Below, in pieces: positions 1 to 35,800 of a stretch of DNA of 64,000 bases. The first letter of the stretch is position 1. Each line of letters begins with the position of its first letter. This stretch comes from Lytechinus pictus (lineage: Eukaryota). Both the position numbers and the translations under genes were made by a program. The notes beneath the pieces were generated by a model. It saw only the letters and a program-made list of their open reading frames with translations, was not told the origin of the DNA and searched no databases. The DNA lies in assembly GCF_037042905.1 (NCBI RefSeq), contig NC_087247.1, positions 29,946,001-30,010,000 of the forward strand, in the 5' to 3' direction.

Positions 1-826
1 ACGTTCTCACATCTGGAATGGGCTAAAAGTTTCAGGATAATAATCTTTTCAGTAGTTTTCTAATATCCACTGATTAAATATGTAAATTAATGGCTGTTTT
101 AAATAAAATATAGCATTACTGAGAGAGGGCGCTAGATTTTAATTTAAAGCCTAACGGCCAGATAGATGTCCTGTTTAATTCATAATAAGAAAAAATGCAT
201 TCAATGACGCTTTTGTAATGTTATAATATTCAATGATACTCGAGTAAAAGTCACATTACTGACCTTTCAATAAAGCTAAAGACCGGCTTTAAGCTCATCA
301 ATGGCAGAGAAAATTATTATGACCTTTATGTACTCCAAAAAAGTCTCCTTTGTTTTGACATATTGGGAAGAAATCCTTCATATTAACCATAGTAGTGCAA
401 GAATAGAATCCCCACAAGTTCTTCTTGTTTAAATTTTTTATTTTTTTAAATCTTCATGACGATTTATTTTTGATGCGGCAATGAGGAAATCATGACTTTT
501 GTTCCAAATAAGTCATCAGTCTTGATATGTTTTTTTCCTTGTTAATGCAATTATTTTTCTTGAAAGCTAGTGAGGTATGGAGTCCTAACAGAGAAAAGGG
601 TTATATCATTCAGTGAATGAGTGCCCCTAGCTGTTGATTGGCTGAAATATTGAAGGTTTCAAATTCCACTGACTCCAGTTTATACATGTATGATGTATAT
701 GATAAGAAAGGCTTAGGACTAAATATAACATATGCCAGTGCTACTGACATGGTCAAAATCAAATCAATAAGATATATGTAGACATTAACATGGTATTGAA
801 ATTAGAAAGCCCCTTTGTCTCGTTTA

Positions 827-1333
827 TTAAAGGAGGATTAAATCCATATGGAATGAGTTGGCTTGTGTGAAAGCAGAAAAATGAAAGAATAAGATAAACA
901 GAAGTTTGAGTGAAATTGGACAAATAAGAAAGTCGTGAGCATTTGGATGTCAAGAACACTAATGCTATGGAGATCCTCCAATTGGCAATGTGAACAAGGT
1001 CTGTAATTTCACAGGTATACAATTTCCTTCTTTGGAAACTTAAAATGAACCCAAAACATCTTGTTTGCTCATTCTAATGATACAACAGACAAGTCATCCA
1101 TGATATTATCTTGTGAAACCTGGGAAGTTGTATGCGTGTGACATCACAGATCTTGGTTGCATTGCCAATAGGAAGGATCTACATAGCATTACTGATCTCA
1201 ATATACAAAATGCTTATAACGTTCTTATTATTCATTCTATTTTTCCTAATCTATCATCGATCGGTATCTTTGATTTTTCTCCTTTTTTTTCATGAGTTCA
1301 ACTGCATGGTTTCAAGAGTTTATTCTCCTTTAA
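827..1333. mobile_element. Degenerate palindromic MITE with TTAA-AGG ends (Kolobok/T2-like)
   Basis: TTAAAGGAG...CTCCTTTAA termini. Internal inverted repeat ~940-1030 vs ~1120-1215. Confidence 0.6.
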
Positions 1334-1537
1334 AACCTGGTTGGTTTTTCATAAAGCTATTTGTAAGTTATGAATCGCTTTACAAATGAATGTATGGAAT
1401 ATGTTTTTAGATTGAAGTCGGCTTCATAGGCATATATCATTTAGCACAAGAAAATGGTCACAAGTCCCCTGTAAAATCATGTGTAACTTATGAACAGCTT
1501 TAGGAGCAGTCCCTTGAACTATGGAAGTTGCACAATT

Positions 1538-1922
1538 TTTTTTAAATTAATTATTTATTGAGAATATAACACCATAATCAACACAAAATTACAAGTAAAT
1601 CAAGAGAATTATGACCATACAAAGTAATGAGCATATTTACAGTACATAAAGAGAATAGATAGAGAATGTTTAAAAATCAATCCTCCATTTCCGGAAAGGA
1701 ACAGAAAGTTTACCTTTCTTTTCAGCAATTTTGTATTCAATTTCTTTGTTATTCACTAAGTAAGGTTTGGAGCGAGGAAAGTCGGGGATCTTATTTTGAA
1801 ATTTGCAGAGATAAATAAAATATTTCAGGGGGAGGAAAATAAACGAGATAAGAGAATGTCCCTGAACACCAAACATTCTTTCAAAATCTGAAAAGATTTT
1901 CTTGTTTTCTTTTACTTCTGAT
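1538..1922 (-). mobile_element. 5'-truncated L1/Tx1-type LINE 3' end with poly(A) and 14-bp TSD
   Basis: Minus ORF 1876-1670 resembles the L1/Tx1 ORF2 C-terminus (KYFIYLCK...EYKIAEKKGKL...KW). Poly(T) run and TTTATT near 1538-1559. Direct repeat GAAGTTGCACAATT at 1524-1537 and 1923-1936. Confidence 0.8.
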
Positions 1923-3754
1923 GAAGTTGCACAATTGTTGGTGACCGTGTCAAATTTTTTTACCTACATGTACATGCATTTTTTCTATCATTAACTCTCT
2001 CCATTTTGAATATAAGAGATTATGTGTATGCCGCTACATGGTATGTAAATCAGTAGGATGTGGTGGTTGTATGTGATGTACATAACAGAAATATTTTTGT
2101 ATAGGTGCTATTTTTCTTCTCTTCATTCCAAATTATTTGTGTGTGGATTGAGCCCAGAAGTATTAATAGGGGCTTGTACAAATTAATTTTGTGTATATTT
2201 TTAAGAATTGTACTGTATGTTATCATTTTCATGTTTTGTTTTATCGCTTATCATTATTCAATTTTTTGTTTTATTTTTATATATATTTTCATCATTATTA
2301 GTATTATTTAAACCACTTTTATCATTATTATTGTTATTTGTTTATTTATTTTGTATATTTATTTATTCATTTTTAAAATTTATTATTCATTTATTTATTG
2401 GCGGGGGGGGGGGCAAACTGCTGTGAATCTCTGCCGATGTTAATTTGTATAATGTTTTAGTGAATGAAAGACCTGTACACACAATATTAAAGTTATATAT
2501 TATAAGTAAATAAATTATATATTGTGTCTCATGGTCTTATTTTGTTTTTCCAAATGTTCTGTTGGATAACTAAACAAAAGGATGTCAGCCTCTTGATCCT
2601 CGGTAGCTGCTGTGATCCATTTTGATGTGCGAGTTCCTTACATCATTACCTACAAGCCTGCAAATAACATGAGAAAAACATTTCCATATGAAACAATCTT
2701 ATTTGAGTTTTTAAATATATTCTGAAAGTTAGAAAGTCAAAAGGGGCCTAAGCTTTCGATCCTAGCAACTTTGTAACCTACTTAAATTTTCATGGAAAAT
2801 GGAGAAAGTATTTTTTTTTTAATCTAAATTTATTTTGTTGTCTTTCTTGCTTATTGTTTTCAATGAGATTTTTTTTTCTCAGTGAAAATGATTTCAGACT
2901 CTTCAAAGGAGTTAAACAGTAACGGGAGATCTTTTCTTCTGAGATGTCAGAAAGTTGTTGAACAAGTCAAGGTGGAAAACAGAAAGTTAAATGCAAACTA
3001 AATACTGGTACCTTTTATTACCACCCTTGAATATCAGTTGGTTTTCGCTAGTTTTCTTCATTCCGTTCTATGATGTAAAATAAGTGGAAAAGATAAAGTT
3101 GAATGAGAATTGAAATTTAAAGAGTGTGTAAAAGGGAAAGGACCATGGACCTTAAGGACCTTAAAATGGCCCATTTTGAGGTCAGTAGGCCTATTGTCAT
3201 AATTTCAGCTCGCGTTTCGCGGGTCACATTATTGATCTATAGTCCTATAGTACCTAGCCTTGTAAAAGTAATGTTATTGTTAACAAGTACTTAAAACTTT
3301 AGTCTTGAGGACTACCCTACCGTCAACTGTCATAAAGAGGCAGAGGGCTTAAGGGCTATGGACCCAAAAAAAATTCAGGACCAAAGAAAAAAGGAAAATT
3401 GGTTTGAATAACATTTTACCCATGCAATTTTCCTTTTATTTTGCTCACGCGATCGCTCACAACTTTTTTTTAAAACAAATCTTGCCCCATACGCCATATA
3501 TGGCCCCCCTCAAAAATTAGGCTCATTGTGCCACCAATTATCCCCCACCGCCCCCTTTTAAGCTACCACAAAACAAATCTCTCATTAACAGTGGCGGATC
3601 TGCATGGGGGCACATCCAGCCTGTGCCCCCCCCCCCCCCATGCCAGGCCTTTTGAGAGCCATAATCAAAAATTTTAATGCAAATATAGTACCGTTCTTAC
3701 ACAAGTGTGCCCCACCCCCTTTTGAAAGTCACAGCATATATTTTAATCATAGGC

Positions 3755-3857
3755 ATTGGCGGCGGAGCAGAGGATTATCTTTTGTGTTTGGGGGGACGCA
3801 ACAATTGGCGCCCCCCCCCCCAAACACAAAAGAGTAATCCTCTGCTCCGCCGCCAAT
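3755..3857. mobile_element. Tiny (103 bp) TIR element
   Basis: Perfect 23-bp inverted repeat ATTGGCGGCGGAGCAGAGGATTA at 3755-3777 and 3835-3857 around G/C tracts. Confidence 0.6.
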
Positions 3858-4046
3858 TATTATATAGGCCTACACAAGTGAAGACCCTTTTTTTACTTGT
3901 CAAAGTTTACGTGCGGACGAAGTCGCCTTTATTTTGGGGTGAAAACCAAAACCTAATGAACGGATGTATTCACGAAAACGCTGTTTATATGAATTCCATA
4001 GTCGTAAAAATAATGCCCAGTCGGTTATTTCAGTTCGCACATGTTG

Positions 4047-4659
4047 TTAAAGGTCAACTCCACCCCAGAAAAATGTTAATTTGAATGAATAGAGCAAAAT
4101 CAAACTAGCAAAACGCTGAAAATTTCATCAAAATCGGATCTAAAATAAGACTAAGTTATGACATTTAAAAATTTTGCTTATTTTCACAAAATAGTTATAT
4201 GCACAACTCAAATGAGAAAGTCGATGATGTCCCTCACTCACTATTTATTTTGTTTTTTATTGTTTGAATTATACAATATTTCATTTTTTACAGATTTGAC
4301 CATAGGGACCGACTTGACTGAACCATATAGTATTAAACAATGCTAATTCCACATGTTAAGGGAGGAATTAGTCACTGTTCGCTTGACAATGAGGAGAAAA
4401 TAGAATAATTCATATTTCATTTAATAAAATACCAAAGAAATACAGTAGTGAGTGGATGACGTCATCATTCTCCTCATTTGCATACCGACCAGGATGTGCA
4501 TCTAACTGTTTTGCAAAATTAAGCGAAACTTTAAAATGTCACAACTTTCTTATTTTACATCCGATTTTGTTGAAATTTTCAGTGTTATGCTTGTTGGATT
4601 TTCATTTAGTTCTCTTTTTATTCAAATCAAGTTTTTGTTCGGGTGGACTTGCCCTTTAA
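4047..4659. mobile_element. Kolobok/T2-like MITE (family A, copy 1)
   Basis: TTAAAGGTCAACTCCACCCC...GGGTGGACTTGCCCTTTAA, long internal inverted repeats, TTAA at both ends. Homologous to 23008-23620 in the opposite orientation. Confidence 0.85.
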
Positions 4660-4925
4660 GTAAAGAGAGAAGGCAAAATCAAAGGGTAAATAGGAAAAGA
4701 GGAACTCGGAAAATAAGTAAGAGAAAGGAAATGGAAAAAAGGAGGGGGGGGGAGAAAGAGAGAGAGAGAGAGAGGGGAAGGGAAAAGTGAAAACCAAAAA
4801 TTGGAGATTTGTATTAATATAGGCCTAAGACGTTATTGAAACAGAATATAGATCTAAAGACGGAACATTCTTCTTCCTCCTTGTTTTTTTTTCTACTTCT
4901 CACCTTCTCCTTTAATTCTCTCTCC

Positions 4926-5054
4926 NNNNNNNNNNNNNNNNNNNNNNNNNNNNNNNNNNNNNNNNNNNNNNNNNNNNNNNNNNNNNNNNNNNNNNNNNNN
5001 NNNNNNNNNNNNNNNNNNNNNNNNNNNNNNNNNNNNNNNNNNNNNNNNNNNNNN
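4926..5054. other. Assembly gap (129 N) within a pyrimidine-rich simple repeat
   Basis: Run of N flanked by CT-rich sequence. Confidence 0.99.
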
Positions 5055-5536
5055 TCTTCCTTCTTCTTCTTATTCTCCCCTCCTCTCCTTTTTCATTAGT
5101 TATTATTTTTATTTACACTGGTATTGGAAACGTATGGGGGTTGGGGCAGCTGCGTCTCGAATTGAATTAAATTGACACACACAATCACTGAAAGAAAATC
5201 TCAAAAAGCTGGTAATTTATTCACATTTGGCCCTTTAATTATGCGCCATCTACGTTTCAGAGAGGAAAATTACCCGCTCGATGCTGTTATATTTGAATAT
5301 TTTACTTCCTCTATTTTTCTATCTATTAATATTTTGTCTAATGATTTTGAAAAGTCATGGAAAAAAATTACAACAATTTTGCATCTAATATTAAAGAATA
5401 TTTTTTTTCATATGGTGATTTATTTTTTGATATGAAAATAAGTTGATTATTAGTATAATCAATCAATTAAAAACATTAAAGTTGAGGGAGTAATTGTTAT
5501 AAATGGAATTGCACAAACAAATCACATGGCTGCCGT

Positions 5537-5623
5537 GGCGCGAAAGAAGTGTGCGATGAATTGAATCTCGCGCTGGACCGTACCGCGGATCGGAGCAGGG
5601 ATCATCTATCAACGGCATCCAAT
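5537..5623. promoter_or_regulatory. MCM6 proximal promoter: E2F site and CCAAT box in a locally CpG-rich segment
   Basis: GGCGCGAAA at 5537-5545 (TTTCGCGCC on - strand, canonical E2F), a second TCTCGCGC at ~5566-5573 and CCAAT at 5619-5623, 150-240 nt upstream of the MCM6 ATG. MCM genes are known E2F targets. Confidence 0.6.
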
Positions 5624-5773
5624 ACCCAGCGGCCAGACCAGGCGACGCGCCAGACAAATCACCGTACCGCATTGTAACATCAGTTTATGCACTGCACGTC
5701 AATATCTTTGAGGAAGCTCAATTCAATCAATTGTTTTTGTTGACGAGAAAAGTTTATTTTTCTCAAATCTACA

Positions 5774-27978
<22,205 letters not shown>

Positions 27979-29157
27979 GTCCCCCAAGACATCAGTAAAA
28001 TGAGCTTAAATTATTTATATCCACTGAGAGCATGGTGAAAGATTCCCAAGACATCGGGAAATGAAGCTAAATTATTCATATCCGCTGACATCATGGTGAA
28101 AGATCCATTCAAGCTTCTTCATCGAAGACTGGGTCCCGGAGAAATGATGCTAAAGATCACTTGTGGTGACGATGCTTTTCGTGAAGGAGAAGGGCAAAGT
28201 CTGTTGTACTCCTTGGAAATTTGTAGGAAGAAAAATAGTAACCATGACTTTCTGGCACTAACGGCTAATCCTGTAATGATGATTGCCCTATGATATCGGG
28301 GAACTTAAACCATATATGTCTACTGAAAGCTCACAGAACAATCTTTCATGGTAATAGCTGTGGGGGTTGGATTTACAGTAAGTGAGGGAGATGGTGATAA
28401 GTCTGTTGTAGCAGTGTTGATGCACTAATAACATCAAACTCCAGTAACAATTATAGCCCTAAGACATTGGGAAACAATGTTTGATTTAAAATTTGTAATG
28501 GAGTTTTAGATTCATCCTTCTATCACAATAGATAAGGTGTTCAAAAGTGGAGCACATCTGAATGTAATTCAGGTTATGTATGTATGTATGTGTATATTTT
28601 GTAAATAGAATGTTAAATACATCAATAGAATTCATGATTGTACTGCTTCTATACTTTACGATGTAATTTGAAGCACTTTCTAAGTAATGAAAATGCAGGT
28701 GAAATATTCATATAATCAAGTATATTTGATACTTATTTTGATACTTTGGCAAGGCTTTGGGATAAGCAAGTTCATCATACCATTTGGATTTTGGTAGAAA
28801 TACACCACCTTCGTAAATTCTATCAAAACAAATAACTGAAAGCTGATTCATGTAAATAGTTGCACATTCAGCACTCATTTATTCATCACATCTTCTGCAA
28901 AAAGTATTCGGAACAGAGTTTACAGAAAGATTCATGAAGTGTCCTCCAGAATCTTTGGCAATAGTATCTCTGTAATACACACATAGCTTTTGTTTTGTAA
29001 GTTTCTAGCAGATTCATTTGTATCAGAAGAAAACTTGCTTTATAAGATTATTCAAAAGACATTGAAAATATTTTTTTCATTCAAAAGCTCTGAAGTAGAA
29101 AAATTATACATTTGTAAAGCTACTTGTTCAAATTATTCAGTTTGTGTGATTGATTGA

Positions 29158-29163
29158 AATAAA
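29158..29163 (+). terminator. Probable MCM6 polyadenylation signal
   Basis: First AATAAA I find downstream of the MCM6 stop, followed by T/GT-rich sequence. Confidence 0.55.
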
Positions 29164-29833
29164 GAAATCTTCTATAATCTTGAATTTGAGGTATTTTGTC
29201 ATTATTCAGGTGTCCATAAACTTCTCAACTCTATATCTTGTATTGTACACAATTCATGCCAGATATCATTTGCAATGATTTAAGACCATCCTTTCACTTC
29301 CAGAGTAGAATTTGAATGCGAGTTTGAAATTTGTGTCAGAAATGTGAGTTGGAGAGGAACTAGAATTAGACCGCGTCGTGTTAGACCAAACATACAGTAG
29401 AATGGGTGGGGTAGACAAAGTGGCAAATTACCATGAAGCAAACCTTGAGAAAATCGAAAGATTTGTTTTGATACTAATGCTTTTTTAACAGGATCTGTTA
29501 TTCTACCTCAATATTAATGGGATTCTCACAAATTTGTGAGTGGTAAGGCCATGCTAAATCTCTGCTAGAATTGTGGGGTGCCAAAATGTCAAAAATGTGT
29601 TCTTTCCTCATCCTTAATGATGAAGAAAACTTAAGTTACGATATCCAAAGAGTTACGAATTAAGTGTCGATTGAGCTGATAGATTGAACCTTTACATTAT
29701 AGAGATTTGCGTCACTGTTGGCTATCCAAAGTTAGACCACAACTTCATGGACCACGGTTAAAATTAAACGTTCAGAATGCAGCCAGCAGACATGAGTGGA
29801 GATAGCTTTCCATTATATCTCGGTAAGACTCGG

Positions 29834-32800
29834 TTACTGGACGTAAAGGAGCTTGTTGGGTGTGCCTGAAGGGACGTCCAGGAGTACATCGCTGGTAGCG
29901 GACTCCAGAAGGTCGGTTCGACTACGGCCGTTTAGAGCTAGGGCACCTGGATGTGCAAAAATACAAAAAGATCCATGAAAAATATTAGAGCCAAGTAAGC
30001 ATGAAAGTAATAAGTATAGAGTCAGTGGAAAAGCATCTTTTCAGATTTATTGCAAGATTCTGACCAGTTTGTCCAGAAACTTGGGGAGAGGAAGGGGGAA
30101 GTGATGTGAACATAAACTTGTACCGCTCTTGAGTGAGGGGGTAGAAATATGGTTGACTTTTTTTTTTCAGTGGAGGGGGTTGTCTGGGGGCACTTTTTTG
30201 GGGGGGACAATCGGATGTCTGTATACATTTCTAGACATCCAGATGTCCGTATAGTTATCATTCTCGAGATGATGGTTCAACATCAAATATGGTCCAAGTA
30301 TATACGAGTGACCAAGTGATGAACTCTTTGAGATGAGAAAAATCTTAATGCATTTTGGGGTCACAAGGACACAGGTCAAAGGGGTCATTATATACCTGAG
30401 ATCTCGTTCTTGCAATAACCAAGTAACAATTTGAGAGAAACTTGGTTCATGTACTGTATGCAAACAGGAGTGATTATGATGATTTGATTAGATGATAAGG
30501 TCATATGTCAAAGGTCATTATTTGAGAATGTTGAAATTTAGAATAATGAACTGGCGATTGCAGAAACATATTGATGGGTGCACAGTTGTGAATCCTATAC
30601 AGCAAACACCAGAGACCCTTTTCATAACTATGGTAACTTTTTCATTGTAACTACCTCGGAAGCATGGTGAGTGGCTGCTCAGCCCTGTTTAGGTTGTTGC
30701 CATAATGGCACAAAGTTCAATTGTAACTCTTTATGAAACAGGCCCCTGATAGTGTGATATAGTCAGTCTATGCTTTGAACTATTTGACAAGTGATACGAT
30801 AGTAAAATGACAGGGAGGGGGTTCGGTAAATGAGTTCTGTAAATACTCTATCAAAAGTCTTTATCTTCTTGTGGGAAAGCTGTCACCTGATGAATGCTTA
30901 AAGGGGAATGTATTGTACTCCAGGCTGAAAAGTGTACGGTTTATGTCAATTTATATAGCGTAGTTAATATATGCATATACTCTACTGGAATAATTACAGT
31001 GCATAATAAGCCTATCTATAATCCATATTCACCACCAACAATGGATTATTATTTATATCATTTTTTATTATTCTTGTTCCAATTATTAATATTAGGATAG
31101 TTTACCTGCCACATGAGGACATGCCATTGAGGATCCACTGAGTACAGCAGTAGCATCGTTGCTGGTATACCAAGTTGATTTGATTTCACTCCCAGGGGCG
31201 AAGATATCCACACATGATCCATAGTTTGACGAACTACGTATTGTGTCTGTCTGTGTCGATGCACCAACTGTTATCGCCTAGAAGGAATTAGGAGAAATTC
31301 AAATTAATTTATGATTTTTCATCTTATTTTCTCTTTTTTGTTATTCCTTTTACTCATTATAATCTTATTTTGATTTTGATAGGGTATATTCTTCTTTATC
31401 GATAGGGGAGTGGTGGCACATGTCACTATCTTATACCATGCGTATAAATAAAGGTAATCATTTTTTTCAAGTCCTAATATTAAAAAGAATATATTACTGA
31501 ATGTCACATTTTGAATTTACTGAAATATGAAATAGCAATTCATCAGGCTTTTATCGATTCCTTCAAGTTCAGTTACTTGTACCTTCTATACAGTTCTTGA
31601 CTTTAATTAATTTATGTTGAAAACATCTGGTACAAATTCCACTTTTTAAGCTTTTGTGAATCTGGGCCCGGAATTTTACCGAAGGTTCTCTGCCGGGTGA
31701 GTAATTACAAGCGTCGCTATTGCTGTTTCCAGCGGCTACCACTGTGGGTACACCACTGTCCACCAGTGTTCTTATAGCCTCATCAAGAGTAGCAGAGGCC
31801 CCTCCTCCTATAGACATGGAGGCTACCGCATCACTTCCAATGGCATCCGTAGCTACCCAATCAATACCTGTCCAAATAAAGAGTGGGTGGATGGTAAAAA
31901 AGGGGTAATACAGAGTTGTATGTCATTAAATTTCTTTTCTATGCTCTTCTTTCGTTCCTTTTCTTCCTCATTTATGAATCATAGGGGGCAGTTGCCCTTG
32001 CATTAAGTATTCAATTTCGTATAATTTCTTTAAGAGTTAAGGTAAATTTACACAAATCGATAATATATCCTTATTTCAATTTCAAATTCAATTCAGTATA
32101 ATCTCATCATATCTTTTTAATCCTATACCTGCAATCATAGTTGAGTATGAACCACTCCCGTAGCAATTCAGTACCTTGACCCCTTTGATCGTGACCTCCT
32201 TTGCCACGCCATACGTTGAGGAGCCGACGATGCCTGCACAATGGGTGCCATGACCTTGACAATCATCCTGCAAATATTTCATGGATAACATTCTTAAAAA
32301 TTAATCAAAGAGGTTTCATTTGTTTGTTACATAGTCGAAAGTTTATTGAAATGATTTTCCGTAAGATGAATGCTCCTGATTCCTGACTTTAACATTTGAG
32401 GAAGGATTTTATGTTCGCAGCGCATTTTCCTGTTTTATTGTGTTGAGCTCGTTAGAATGATTGTACAATTATGTTGGCGCATATAATGCATGCCCTCTGA
32501 ATTATTTGATGACGTAATTTCCTTCGGCAAGTAATTGATGTGCACTGTGATGCATTCAACCCAGTTGCAGGTGTATGGATCCCTAGCAGGAATCAATTGA
32601 AATGCCTTTGCGCTGTGTAAACTCCGTACCGGGCTAAAACCGGGAATATGATATCCTAGTCCTTTTGGAAGCACATAGACAAGTTATTTTCATAATGCGA
32701 TATCAGCTAGGGAGGTGATATGCGTTGTAAGAACTGCGTGTTTCATCATTTTTATTTGATTTCACTGCAACAAGGAAGATATGCCGACTTAACCTAATTG

Positions 32801-35800
32801 GGATGTGCGTTCAGAGTGTAGACACATTATTTTAATTTCATGCATTGATCTTAAAGTGATGTCTAGTTATTAAACGAAACTAAAACGTAAACAATAAAAT
32901 GGAGGAGGGATGAAATAGCAAACTAGATAATCTTACAGCTGTGCCGCCTGGGTATGTCCAGGCATGGACTGCACGACCTTCGAAGTCATCGTGGTTCTGG
33001 TTTACCCCTGTATCGATTACGTACACAACAACTCCATTCCCACTGGCTGCAAAACAAAACAAGGGAAATAGTGTAATGATGTTGAAACGTTGAAACACTA
33101 TAATATTATACAGGAATACAAATTTGTATATGCAATTATAAAACGACTCAAATTGAAAACATAGACAGAAAAACACATTCCTATTTGAAATATAACTGAG
33201 GGTGTGTATGCGATATAAAACGGTTCAAAGTAAATACTTGAATACGTTGGAATAAGGAAAGACACACATGCTATTTTTTACAGCAGGAAAACAAAGAAAT
33301 ATGAGAAACATGTAGATGTTTCTACGATTATGACACATACGGTCCAAGTTGAATTCCTGAAACACTGGCAAAGAAAGAAAGAACAATATGAAGACAGATC
33401 CGAAATGTAATAAAAAAAACGATAATGCTAATGCAGATGACGATTGGGCATTAGGCGTTAAGTCACAGGAGGGCAGTAGGTGTGTGGGGGGGGGGGGCGA
33501 CATATGGTTTTGCAAGGAGGGGGAGGGGTATGTAGAGGAAGAAAGAAGGGTATGAAAAATTCCATCGCTCTCATCCAGTTGACAAAATTAGTGACGTCAC
33601 CTTGCTCCTGGCGCCTGATCCCGTAGATGAGTATGGTGCTGATTATGATGATGATGACAAGATGTGATATGATGTTGTTGGTGCATGGTGGTGGTGGTGG
33701 TGGTGATGATAATGATGATGATTATAGTGATGACGATGGAGGTGGTGATGATGATTTTAATAATTCATTTGCTCGTCCACTCATGTGGACAATAATTGAA
33801 GCTCTGCGCATGCGTAAAGTAAAGAAATTTGAAAACAAGTCACCAAACTTTACAAATTAGATTAGACCAAGTGGCATGTAGACGAAATGAATGTTAGACT
33901 ATCTGGAAATTAGACCAAGTGGAAATTAGCCGAAATGGAAACTAGACCAACTGCACATTAGACCAACTGCACACTAGACCAACTGAGTAATGGACCAAGT
34001 TAGGATTAGCCGAACTGGGCATTAGACCAATTGGCTATTAGACCAAATGGTCATTAGACCAATTGGCTATTAGACCAAGTGGTCATTAGACCAATTGGCT
34101 ATTAGACCAAGTGGTCATTAGACCAAAAGAGAATTGGACTAAGTGGGTTTAGCCCGAATGTTATTAGCCCATCTGATGATTAGACCAAGTGATGTTAGAC
34201 TATTAACCGTCAGTCCCCGTCAGTAAACCGACCCTACCAGGGTTGCCGCGATTAAATCCGCCGAGTTGCGCTTTGCATGCATCTCGACCTCCTCAAAAAA
34301 TCTTTATCATATTTTAATGTCATCACATTCTCTATATCCCATTTTAATATGTCATCAACTCTTTATCACATTTTGTTACAATTATCATCACATACGTAAA
34401 AAAAAAAAACTTTTTTAAGCATGTGGAAGAGCAAGTGTGCACAATTAATATCCTCAAGTCGCCTAAATCGGCTCAATACTTGATGATATGGTTGGCCTAG
34501 ATAAGACTTTCAGTCGACGAGAACTACTTTCAAGTCGCCGGCAGATCCGGAGATCCACAGTTACACCGGCAGACAATCTGCTGCTACCACAACTGATGAT
34601 CTGATGATGTTACGATGATGATGGCGGTGGTGGTGGTCTGTGGTGATGGTGGTGAATAATGCTGATAATGTGTGTGATTTTACATACATCAAATAAAATA
34701 TCATATCTTTACAAATTGATATATGAATACATTGAAAACTTTTATAATTAACACTACATTTTCTCTTTTTATTCTTTAGTGTTACAATAAAACTCAATAA
34801 ACTCAACGTACTCAAATCTTTTTTCTAGTGTCAAATATTCACAACATAAGAGATTTTCCAAATGCACAAAATAAATCATGAATACAACCTATAGTCGAAT
34901 TGAAGCCATTAACAAAAAAGATTATAAATAACCCCAACACCTTGGCCTCATTTCCCAAATATTTCATATCCTATAACAACATAGTCTCGGCCCTGGATCC
35001 TACCTACCACCCCCCCCATCCTTAATTGTTGTTTATATTTAGGAGTTTGAAAAATAGCCAAGAAGCAAAAAATGATATGATATGATAATGATGGTGATCG
35101 ATGGCGATGCTGATGTAGTGATCTACATTTTTTGGTTGATTGCACAAGAAACAAGAAATCCTAGATAATGATATCGTAGCAGTTCTAGGGTGGGGGATCA
35201 AGCCCGTGCCCCCCCCCCCCCCGAGCCATATATATGTGTGTGTATATATACACATATGTATATTTTGGGTGACATAAATCACCTTCATTCAGTAGTTAAG
35301 ATATTTTTTGGTTATTGCTTTTTTTTGGGGAGGGAGTCTTGTGCTATACTATAGTAAAAAAAATCTGAAAAAAATGCCCCTCCCCTAATGATCTCATACG
35401 CTAAGATGTATAAAGTGGTGCAGGGAATATTCTTACCAGAAGGGGCGTAGCTATTGTCGAGGGGCAAGTTTCGTTGATCTACTCTATCCAAACCCCAGCA
35501 GCCTACATCCATGGCTCGAACCACCCCATCTTCTTCCACGTACTCTACACCAGGCATCAAACGGACCTAGTACATTGAAATTGCCTTTTAACCATAAATT
35601 TATCTGAATCTACAAATCATAATAAAATTTCAGATCGCGCTTTGAGCTCAAATTGATTGTTTAGTGAGATATTATACATCCTGTTTTTTTTTTTCATTTA
35701 TGAAAGAGTTAAGTCTCGTTTTCAGGTCAGAATCAATATTTTTATCTCAAAAATTTCAACTCGAGCTTCGCGCTCGCATTAAAAAAGAAAAGCTTGCGTA

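Noticed and set aside
2580-2660. Possible exon of a gene divergent from MCM6
   Set aside because: Only an acceptor-like TTTGCAG on the minus strand. No convincing ORF or partner exons.
33856-34205. Short repeat-spacer array (TAGACCAA plus 8 variable nt)
   Set aside because: The variable parts are too short and are themselves repeated. It is a minisatellite.
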